Positions 53,718 through 64,000 of a stretch of 64,000 nucleotides of DNA are shown here, piece after piece. The stretch lies in contig OZ360220.1 of NCBI GenBank assembly GCA_977017645.1, positions 120,714,001-120,778,000 of the forward strand, read 5' to 3'. The stretch's first letter is position 1. Every line of letters begins with the position of its first letter. This DNA is from Torpedo marmorata (Eukaryota). Under the pieces are notes generated by a model. The model was not told the DNA's origin, ran no database searches, and saw only the letters and a program-made list of their open reading frames with translations. The position numbers and the translations under genes were made by a program.

Positions 53718-54938
53718 CCAGTTCAGGCAACCTTCCAGGGAAATTGGACCCATTCCAGTTTTCCTACTGTCCAAACCGGTCCACAGAAGATGCAATAGCC
53801 TTCATCCTCCAACCTGTCCTGACCCACCTAGAGGACAATGCCTCGTACACCAGGCTGTTGTTCATTGACCAGCTTGGCATTCAACATGATCATACCTCAG
53901 AGGCTGGTGGATAAACTGTCCTCGGTGCAACCCAATACCCCTCGCTGCAACTGCATTCTGGACTACTTGACGCAAAGTCCACAGTCTCTCCGGACTGACA
54001 GCAAAACCTCAAGCCTCATCATGCTGAGCACTGGTGCATCTCAGGGCTGCGTGCTCAGCTTGCTACTGTTCACGCTGCTGACTCACGATTGCACTGCTGG
54101 ATTCGGTTCTAACAGAATCATCAAATTTGCAGATGACACAACAGTAGTTGTCCTCATCAGCAACAATGATGAGTCGCATTACAGAGAGGAGGTTGAAAGG
54201 CTCGTAAAATGGTGCGAGAACAACAACCTGAGTCTCAATATGGACAAGACACAGGAGATGATTGTAGACTTTGGGAGGATGAAGGTTGACCATTCTCCAC
54301 TACACATCAACGGTTCAGTCGTGGAGAGCACAAAGTTCCTTGGTGTGCATATAAAGGACTACCTATCCTGAACCCACAACACCTCCTCATTAGTCAGGGA
54401 GGCGCAGCAGCGCCTACTCTTCATAATAAGGTTGAGGAGGACAAGGCTACCGGCCCCCATCATTACAACCTTTTGCAGGAGCACAGTTAAGAGTGTCCTG
54501 TCTGGCTGCATCATTGTGTGGTACGGCAGCTGCAAAGCATCAGACTGGAAGTCAGCACAGAGGATCATTAAAACAGCCGAGAGGATCACTGGAGTCTCCC
54601 TTTCCTCTATTGACAACATTTACTGGGAGTGTTGTCTAAATAGGGCTCAAGGAATTATAGAAGACCCTTTCCATCCAGCACACAGTATATTTAACAAGAT
54701 GGAGGTACTGGAGCATCAAAATTAGGACTGCCAGGCTTGGGAGTAGCTTCTTCCCACAGGCTGTGATATTGATGAACAGTATTATGTAACCTTGCAAATC
54801 ATCCCAAATATTTATATATATTTATTTTGATTATTTATGTGTATTGTGTGTTTTTGTGTGCACCATGGTCCAGAGAATGTTGTTCCCTCGGTTTGTACAT
54901 GTACAATCAGATGATAATAAACTTGAACTTGAACTTGA
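53718..54938 (+). mobile_element. Rex1/Babar LINE, 5'-truncated, degenerate RT
   Basis: [18 protein letters not shown]; STGASQGCVLS; KFADDTTVV; aataaa plus (cttgaa)n tail. Confidence 0.92.
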
Positions 54939-56265
54939 GAAGGCTTGAAAGACTTGCTTCATGATGCTATTTACTTCCTCATTAGCCTTTCCTGAATCTA
55001 CACAAAGTGTAGACTACAGACCCATTTCAACACCACTATTTGCTGACAACTGAGATTGACACTGCAATGACCTTTCCAGTTTTGTTGGTTTGCCACACTC
55101 CAGATGGTGCATTTGGCTCTGGGCAATTGGAAGGACAGAGGTGAATGGTTTTCATACCACATAAAGTGCAGTACTTTGTTTTGTTGGTTAAAGGAATGTT
55201 TTGAACCACATTCGGGCAACAGCTTGGTTGTTGGTTAAATCACTCCTTCTCATTGGTTACATTGACTCCAAATATGGTCACTACATAGTGAACATCCTTT
55301 AGGAAAAGAACACCAACATGCATTTATATAATACCGGTAAATTTTCAAGCAAGATGTTGCCAACTGCTTCAGAAAATCCTAATTGGATATATCTAAGCTA
55401 AATAAGGGGATTTAGGGCTTGATGAATGAGGTAGGAGTATTGTAGATTTTGCAATGACACTGTTGCTTTTTGTCGTGCTGAATAACGAGGCAAGTCAGTA
55501 GGTGATGTTAACCAAACAGTTTACTGAACATAGCCAAAGAGAGAGAGAGCCCAGCAGGCGGGCGTGTGCTCTCTGGAAGTACTTGATTCAACTAACGCGC
55601 CCTCACCGAGCTCGCGCATGCGCAATGCGCTGTTGCGAGTATGGTGGCTGCAACGCGATTGCAGAGGGTGCAGAGCAGCCGATGGGAGCGGCTGTCTACA
55701 GACACTCTCCCCAGGTTACCATTGATCCTAGATACACTGCTACAGAGAGTGGATTATACATGATATTAGCCATACCCATTTTGTTTGTGGCAGTAGATCT
55801 CATTGGCAAGGTAAACAATCAATTGCTACCTCTGAATATATTTGAGAAGGAGGCGAAGGCCCATCTTGTTCTGCTGCAGATTGGGTGGTGAAGAAGTGTT
55901 AAAAGACATTTAGACAGGCACATGGATGGGAAAAGTTTAGTGGGATATGGGCTGAATGCAAGCAAATGGACAAGCTTGGGTGGAGAACTTGGACAAGTTG
56001 GAAGTAAGGGCCTGTTTCTATGTTGTAAAACTCTTGCATCTCTGCTCTGTCAGTGTTGCTTTGTTCATGATTTCAAATCAAATATTTTTTTCTCTGAAAG
56101 GTTGACAGCAAGACATTTCTGGTTTAATCTGTCCTGCAGCAACGTTGCATTATAAAGATACTGCAAATCAATCTTTTAGCAGGAAGCCTTCCTGTTTGTA
56201 TAGTTGTTGGAACAGCACTCTCGTGATTACTTTTCTCCTGGAAAGCATGATGTAAAAATCACCCT

Positions 56266-56733
56266 AGTAAAAACACAATGCTGGAAAATCTCAGCTGGTC
56301 AAACAGTGCACTTTGTATAGCAAAGATAAAGATACATAACCAATGTTTCGGGCTTGAGACCTTCATCAAGTATGAGCAAAATGTAAGCAGGCGCCCGAAC
56401 AAAATGGTAGGGGGCAGGAGGTGGAGCACAATCGCACAGGCATGAGATAATAGGTGGATAAGGGAGGGAGGGTTCCCACAGGCAGGAGGTAATAGGTGCA
56501 TAAGGGAGGGAAGGGTCCTCCTGCCTGTGGGGCTGTGCTCCTCCCCCTGCCCCAACCCCCCACCATTTTGTGGTGCCTACATTTTGCTCATACCTTGATG
56601 AAGGGCTCAAGTCCGAAACGTTGGTTATGTTTCTTTATCTTTGCAATATAAGGTACATTGTTTGACCTGCTGAGTTTCTCCAGCATTGTGTTTTCACTTC
56701 AATCACGGTGTCTGCAGACTTTTGTGTTTTACT
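56266..56733. mobile_element. Inverted pair of Penelope-like 3' regions (~470-bp fold-back, one hammerhead motif per arm)
   Basis: Minus arm ~56266-56515 and plus arm ~56517-56733 are reverse complements with several mismatches. Confidence 0.8.
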
Positions 56734-57886
56734 TCTTAAAAAAAAATCACCCTGCCCAGTTCAGTTCTGGCTGGATATATGAATGCACAAAACAGCAAGA
56801 GTGGCAGAAATTGGTTAAGCCTACAAGTGGAGCATCTCCCTACTTTCATGTAATGAGTGACACTTATTAAACTCATGCATTATATCTCTCCTTTGATGCT
56901 GCTGTTAGACCTAATTCAATTCAGAAAAATGATTCCTTTCCACCCTATTGAAACTACATAATTTGAGCTGTCATTCACAATACAATTTGTGATTCAAAAT
57001 GCAAGTTCATTCGCACCCAAATGTGGACAGTAGATTTTCACAGCGATGATTCGCTGATGACCATTTTGACCTCTGCTTCTCTTCTGCTTTTCATAAGAGC
57101 CCAGGAATAAATGCTGCCCTTGTGCTGGCAGCTCAGGCTCCAAGTCCTGATGGAGATGGAGTAGTGGAAGCTGAGGGAAAGGGAGGTAGAGTAGTAACTC
57201 GAGGTTCAGAGCAGGTGAGCAAGGTCATGGCTGTGGGGGAAAGGAGGAAGGGACGATTTCAGAGTTCAGATTTATTGTCAGAGTACATACATGACATCAC
57301 ATACAACCCTGAGATTCTATTTCCTGTGGGCGAGGCAGAATTACCACTTATTTTTATTGTAGTGCAAAAGAAACTGTGCACAGTGTATACATGTAAACAA
57401 ATAAAGAACTGTATACAGATAACGAATGTAAACAAACTGCAATACAGAGAGAATAAAAAAAATCAATCTGTAAGGAGTTGGTACATTTTTCCCGTGTCTG
57501 CGTGGGTTTTCCCCGGGGGCTCCGGTTTCCTCCCACCGTTCGAAACGTACCAGGGGTGTAGGTTAATTGGGTGTAAATTGGGCGGCACGGACTCGTGGGC
57601 CGAAATGGCCTGTTACCGTGCTGTATGTCTAAATTTATTTAATTTTTAAAAAATTTAGAAGTGCACAAGTAAGAGTCCTTAAATGAGTTCCTGAGAGTCA
57701 CTATTGTATCTGCTTCCACTACCCTCACAGTGATCCAGGCACCTGTCACTCTGCGTAAAACCAAACTTGACTCACAGACCTTTTAAACCTTCAACTTCTC
57801 CCCTTAAAACTATTTAATTTTAAATTTAGACACACAGCACAGTAACAGCCCCTTCTGGCCCATGAGCCTGTGCCCCCCAAATACAC

Positions 57887-58063
57887 TGAGTGAAACACGT
57901 AAATCTGCAGATGCTGTGATTGTGGTTTTGTGATTGTGCCTGCTTTTTGCTTTTACCTTGAAGAAGGGCTCGGGTCCAAAACATCGGTAATATATCTTTA
58001 CCTCCTATGGACGCTGCAAGACCAGCTGAGTTCGTTCCTCCAGCATTTATTGTGTGTTTTTCT
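57887..58063 (+). mobile_element. 177-bp hammerhead-bearing Penelope-derived insertion inside a minus-strand SINE
   Basis: 11-bp TSD CCCAAATACAC (57876-57886, 58064-58074); the 5' part is an inverted copy of the element's 3' extension. Confidence 0.8.
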
Positions 58064-61000
58064 CCCAAATACACCAATTAACCTACAATCCCCGTGAGTT
58101 TTTGAAGGGTGGGAAGAAACCGGAGCACCCGGAGGAAACCCACGCAGACACGGGGAGAACGTACAAACTCCTTACAGGCAGCGCCAGATTCAAACCCGTG
58201 TCGCTGGCGCTGTAATAGTGTTGCGCTAACCACCACATTTGTCTAGTTTGTGACATTACCAACCTGGGAAAAAGGATCTGATCACCTACCCTGTCTATGC
58301 CTTTCATAATTCAAAAATTTGTTCGTCAATAATATGAATGTTGTCTTACACCTACCCAGCAGGAATAGAAACATGAGGATTGAATCATCCATGATTGGAA
58401 TAAAAGGAAAGTAACATGAAGCGAGACTATAAACGGTAAACTTTTCCCTTCTTCTCCACCTTATCTACCTGTGTTGCAACTATCACAGCACACAACTTTT
58501 CCATTGAGGAATGGAGATGGCATCTTTCAGGAATTTGACACCAGCACATTTACAATTGTAAGGTTCGGACTTGCTGTATAGTTCAATGACAAAGCATGGG
58601 TGGTTCACTGCAAGGAGGAAATTCAACACTTCAAGTTTGAAACGGCTCGGCACAAACTGTTCATTTGGAGAAATTGACAAAAGAGAAAAAGAACAATTTC
58701 TTTTGCATTTCTCATAATGTGAGAGTTTACTGGCAAGGCCCTTCCTAAATGCCCTGAAGAAGGCAGTGGTGAGCCTCTGTCTTAAACCTCTGCAAATCCT
58801 TTTGGTGAAGGCATTCCCTCAGATCTCCTTCAGGACTTCCTAATTTAGATCCAATGATGATGAAGTCAGGATGATGTGTGTCCTGGAGGGAATTTTAAGT
58901 GGTTGTTTTTCCAAATGCCTGCTGCCTGCTCGGGAATTTTTTGGAAAATTAAGACATTCATATAATGTCTGCACAATGCGTTTTATCTGTTTTGATTTTT
59001 TTTTAAAAAACACTCTTTGTTTGGGAAAATTCAAATCACAAAATATGTTTCCATGCTGACTGTGCCGAAGAAAGCAAACTGCCGCTAGTTTGTGCTCAAG
59101 TCACATCTTGACTCTTCACTTACTATAGATGCTGCGTGACTTGCTCCAGCACTTTTGTGTATTGATAGAAGCAGTTTTTCAGGTTCTGCCTTCCCTCACT
59201 CCTCAACCCTTCTCTTCCCAATTGATGAGCCCATCAATAACCCCAAAAGACTAGAAGTTACACAAGAACTGAAAGGCTTTTATTAGCAAAAGAATGGAGC
59301 TACATTCGTGCTGATGATCTGTCCCGGACTGGGGGAGGAGCAGTGGCACAATGGCCTTTATTCAAGGGGATCTGTGGGAGGAGCCACCGGGACAGTCAGC
59401 AGGGGCATGTCCAGACTTATCACCCAGCCCACAATCCATACACAGTGGTTTACCACATTCACCCCTCCTTTTTAAAAGAGTCCAGCGGGGTGAAGTGTAT
59501 AACAATATTTACAAGAGATTAAAATTACAAATCGAGTCGATCAGGCGGTCGAGTCCGCCGCTGTGATCGGCGCAGTACTTGTGGTGATAGCGGTGATGGG
59601 GCAGGTGGCGGAGCTACCTCCTGCCTGATCTGGGGTACCGGCACGTCTGGCGAAACCTCAGATGAATATGCTGGTGCGTGTGGTGTCGTGTTTGAATTGG
59701 GTGGTGCCTCTTGTGTGTCCTTAATGGTAGGTAAGGGGGTAACCGTAACTACGGGGTGTTCGAGGGCAGCGGCGGGTTCCAGTGCTCCTGCGGGCGCCAG
59801 GTCCCGGATGGAGACCGTGTCTTCCCGCCCATGAGGAAAAACCACGTAGGCGTACTGGGGGTTCGCGTGTAATAATTGGACCCTCTCGACCATCGGGCCG
59901 TATTTATTGCTCCTGACATGTTTCCGGAGCAGCACTGGCCCTGAGGACGTCAGCCATGCTGGTAGGGTAGTCCCGGTGGTCGACTTCCTGGGGAAGGAAA
60001 AGAGTCTCTCATGGGGTGTAGCATTGGTGGATGTACATAGCAGGGATCGGATAGAGTGGAGTGCCTCGGGAAGGACTTCTTGCCAGTGGGAGACTGGTAA
60101 TCCCTTAGACCTGAGGGCTAAGAGTGTGGCTTTCCAGATCGTGGCGTTCTCCCTCTCCACTTGTCCATTACCCCGTGGGTTATAGCTCGTGGTCCTGCTA
60201 GTCGCGATACCCTTGGCCAGCAGATATTGTCGCAGCTCGTCACTCATAAATGAGGACCCTCGGTCGCTATGGATATAGCAGGGGTATCCAAACAACGTGA
60301 AGAGTTTGCGGAGGGCCTTTATGACTGAGGTGGTCGTGGTATTGGGGCAGGGAATGGCGAAAGGGAACCGCGAGTACTCATCAATAACGTTGAGGAAGTA
60401 CACATTGCGGTCGGTGGAGGGAAGGGGGCCCTTAAAGTCGACGCTGAGTCGCTCAAATGGGCGGGTAGCTTTTATTAACTGCGCCTTATCAGGAAGGTAG
60501 AAGTGCGGTTTGCACTCTGCGCAGACTTGGCAGCTGCTGGTCATCGTCCTGACCTCTTCCAGGGAGTACAGTAGATTACGGGCTTTCACAAAGTGAAAAA
60601 GCCTGGTGACTCCGGGGTGGCAGAGGTCACAGTGGAGGGCATATAACCGGTTGATCTGTGCGCTAGCGCACGTCCCCCGGGATAGAGCGTCGGAGGGCTC
60701 ATTGAGCTTCCCGGGCCGGTACATTATATCGTAGTTGTAGGTGGAGAGTTCGATTCTCCACCTCAGGATTTTATCATTTTTGATTTTACCCCGCTGCTGG
60801 TTGCTGAACAGGAATGCGACTGAGCGTTGGTCAGTCAGCAGGGTGAACCTTGTTCTGGCGAGATAGTGCCTCCAGTGCCTGATAGCTTCCACTATGGCTT
60901 GGGCCTCTTTCTCCACTGCTGAGTGCCGAATTTCTGGGCCTTGAAGGGTATGGGAGAAGAACGCCACCGGTCTTCACGCCTGGTTGAGGGTAGCAGCCAG

Positions 61001-61918
61001 TGCGAAGTCGGACGCGTCACTCTCTACCTGGAAAGGAGTGGACTCTTCCACCGCGTGCATTGCTGCTCTGGCAATGTCCCCTTTTATGAGGCTGAAAGCC
61101 TCACGTGCCTCCGTTGCAAGGGGAAAAGTGGTGGACTTGACAAGGGTGCGGGCCTTGTCCGCATAATTAGGGACCCATTGAGCATAGTAAGAAAAGAAGC
61201 CCAAGCACCTTTTGAGGGCTTTGAGGGTGTGGGGAAGCGGTAGTTCCAACAGGGGGCGCATGCGGTCGGGGTCGGGGCCGATGACCCCGTTCTCCACAAC
61301 ACACCCCAGGATAGCGAGTCGGGTGGTTCCGAACACGCACTTATCCTTGTTATAGGTTAGGTTAAGCGCTTTGGCCGCCTGGAGGAACTTCCGAAGATTG
61401 TTATCGTGGTCCTGGCGGTCGTGACCGCAGATGGTGATGTTATCTAAGTATGGAAAAGTGGCCTTTAATTTGTATTGGTCCACCATCCTGTCCATCTTCC
61501 TCTGGAAGACGGATACCCCATTTGTGACCCCAAAGGGAACGTGCAGGAAATTATAGAGTCTGCCGTCCGCCTCGAAGGCGGTGTAGGGGCGGTCCTCCCG
61601 GGGAATGGGGAGCTGGTGGTAGGCAGATTTGAGGTCTATGGTGGAGAAGAGCTTGTACTGAGCTATCTGGTTTACCATATCTGCAATGCGTGGTAGAGGG
61701 TACGCGCAAGCTGCGTGAACCTATTGACGGTCTGACTATAATCTACCACCATCCTGTTTTTGTCCCCGTTCTTGACGACAACCACCTGGGCCCTCCAGGG
61801 ACTTGTGCTCGCCTCGATGATCCCTTCCCCAAGTAACCGCTGCACCTCTGACTTAATGAATGCCCTGTCCCCTGCGCTATATCTCCTGCTTTTGGTTGCC
61901 ACAGGTTTACAATCAGGG

Positions 61919-62081
61919 ACGCCTGCCGGCATTTTCTCATACTTTGATGAAGGGCTCAAGCCCGAAACGTCGGTTATGTATTTCTACCTTTGCTACATAA
62001 AAGACACTGTTTGACCTGCTGAGTTCTCCAGCTTTTGTGTTTTTTACTTCATCCACGGTGTCTACAGATTTTCGTGTTTAC
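61919..62081 (+). mobile_element. 163-bp hammerhead-bearing Penelope-derived insertion in pol
   Basis: 13-bp TSD TTTACAATCAGGG (61906-61918, 62082-62094); removing it restores LTPDCKPVATKSRR. Confidence 0.92.
61938..61978 (+). ncRNA. Minimal type-I hammerhead ribozyme motif (U3 variant), best-preserved copy
   Basis: catact-TTGATGA-a-GGGC tcaa GCCC-GAAAC-GTC-ggttatg: stem I, core, stem II, palindromic ACGT in place of stem III, GUC triplet; activity untested. Confidence 0.65.
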
Positions 62082-64000
62082 TTTACAATCAGGGGTCAGG
62101 TTGGCGAATAGCGATGGGGGCGGGATCTTGAGGGTGGATAGACCGCAAGTAGTGTGGGGTGACAAAATATTCTTGCTGTTTTGAAGGAATTGGTGATTAC
62201 CGACAGTAATCGGTGGGAGGGGCCCGTCATACTCCATAGTCACACTTTGGAGGTGACTCTGGAAGTCGAGCACTTGTAGTACAGGTGCACACAGTCGGGG
62301 CATGACCAATAGCGCGAAGTCCCAGTATTCCATGCCCTGTACCACTATCGTCGCTACACAACCCCCCCGGATGTCTGTTGTGTGCGACCCGGAAGCCATG
62401 GCAACCCTCTGGCTTACCGGCTGTATCGTGAGGCCGCATCGCTGTACCATGTCAGGGTGGATGAAGCTCTCTGTGCTGCCTGTGTCGAACAGGCAGTTTG
62501 TCCTGTGTCCCTCGACCAGAATGTCCATCATCGACCTCGCGAGTTGGTGGGATGCACTCTGGTCGAGTGTAACTGACGCCAACGTTGGGTCGCTGTCTTG
62601 ATCCGACGTTGCGATGGAGTGCCCGCTGTCCCGGGATAGTGGCACCCTGTGTCGGCTCGTCGGCGTGGAACAAAATGGCCGCTCCCATGACTAGCACGTG
62701 TTGGCGGCGGGTAGGTAAGATGGCGGCGACGGAAGTGACGAAACACAAGATGGCCACCCCCATACCTCGCACGTGTTGGCTGCGGCGGCGGGTAGGTAAG
62801 ATGGCGGAGACGGAAGTGACGACACACAAGATGGCCGCCCCCGAGTCTCGCACGCGGCGCTGCTCGATCCCGCTCGCGGTTTAGATCAACAGACCTTAGC
62901 GAAGTGGCCTTTCTTCCCGCAGCTGGAGCAGGTCGCTTCTCGGGCCGGGCAACGTTTCCCGGGGTGCTTCTCAAGCCTGCAGAAATAGCATTTCTCGGGT
63001 TCGCGGCTGATGGCCGCAGTGGTCGATTCACTGGCATGGTGGCGGGTCGGCGGCATTCACGGGGCCTGCTGGAGATCGCGCACCTGGATAGCATCCGAGT
63101 TCTGTAGCGCAGCCTCCAGCGTGTCGGCCAGTTCGATCGCGTAACGGAAGGTAAGGTCAGCTTGTTCCAGCAGCCGCTGGCGCACATACACTGAACTGGT
63201 CCCCGTAACGAAAGCGTCTCTCACTAGGAGCTCTGCATGCTGTTCAGCCGTCAGTCCCCGACAGTCGCACGCCCGCACGAGTGTTTGTAGGGCCCGTACG
63301 AACTCCGCGCTCGACTCCCCGGGCCGCTGCTGCCGCGTCGCTAGCCTGTGTCTTGCGTACACGGTATTCACAGGCCGTATGTACTGTCTTTTAAGGGTAT
63401 TCATCGTGTCCTCATAAGTCTGTAGATCTCGGATCATAGAGTAGACTCGTGGGCTTACCCTGGAGAGGAGGACCTTGCGTTTTGCTGCGTCTTCTTGCAC
63501 TTTGATCTTCTCCAGGAACGATTCAAAACAGACTAGCCAGAGTTCAAAGACATTGCCAGCGTCCGGTGTTTGTGGGTCAATGTCCAGTTTGTCTGGTCTC
63601 AAGATGTTCTCCATGTTTACAATTTTGCCAATAAAATTGATGAGCCCATCAATAACCCCAAAAGACTAGAAGTTACACAAGAACTGAAAGGCTTTTATTA
63701 GCAAAAGAATGGAGCTACATTCGTGCTGATGATCTGTCCCGGACTGGGGGAGGAGCAGTGGCACAATGGCCTTTATTCAAGGGGATCTGTGGGAGGAGCC
63801 ACCGGGACAGTCAGCAGAGGCATGTCCAGACTTATCACCCAGCCCACAATCCATACACAGTGGTTTACCACACCAATAACTTGAGTTTGACCATTAACTT
63901 GATATTTGTAGATGCTCCCTGACTTTCTCCGTTATGTTACATAAGACCATAAGATATTCAGATTCAAATTTATTGTCAGAGTACATACCTGTCATCACAT

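Larger units (their letters stand above)
59525..63614 (-). pseudogene. Single gag-pol frame of the Mag-like element, disrupted
   Basis: In-frame stops at 63057-63059, 62886-62888, 62691-62693 and 60974-60976; 1-nt deletion near 61707; 163-bp insertion; RNase H C-terminus plus integrase open over 59525..60967. Confidence 0.92.
59223..63872 (-). mobile_element. Full-length Ty3/Gypsy LTR retrotransposon, Mag-like
   Basis: 235-bp LTRs 59223-59457 and 63638-63872 (1 mismatch by eye), TG...CA ends; 5-bp TSD CCAAT; PPT aaaaaggaggggtgaa; gag with two CCHC knuckles (CYFCRLEKHPGKRC, CSSCGKKGHFAKVC) in frame with protease (LFDTGS), RT (YLDN), RNase H and integrase. Confidence 0.96.

Noticed and set aside
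59525-60967. 480-aa RNase H/integrase ORF as a domesticated gene
   Set aside because: It lies within a young provirus with intact LTRs and TSD, and is simply the undisrupted end of pol.

Overview
Eukaryotic, not prokaryotic. This is vertebrate genomic DNA, and the repeat content (Penelope-like elements, Rex1/Babar and CR1 LINEs, tRNA-derived SINEs) suggests a cartilaginous fish (inference). The only host gene is PAPPA (pappalysin-1), on the minus strand. I spliced seven consecutive exons by hand into one open frame (53519-53336, 48712-48502, 43204-43033, 40313-40166, 34698-34589, 28229-28158, 13895-13797), encoding CCP/sushi modules and LNR3. The upstream exons and the last coding exon were not found. 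The introns hold three Ty3/Gypsy proviruses with both LTRs and TSDs (two CsRn1-type with a tRNA-Trp PBS, one Mag-type), Penelope-like GIY-YIG remnants with many short hammerhead-ribozyme-bearing copies, LINE fragments, SINEs, MITEs, a 31-bp minisatellite and a 152-N gap. Best leads: (1) a perfect 25-nt intronic complement of a PAPPA coding exon 4.5 kb away; (2) a Gypsy element whose PBS position is complementary to its own LTR poly(A)-signal region rather than to a tRNA; (3) TSD-flanked 100-180 bp hammerhead mini-elements; (4) an inverted RT fragment replacing the promoter part of a 3' LTR; (5) a non-coding GC-rich retroposon family with LINE-type tails. All family assignments rest on motif recognition; no database search was run.
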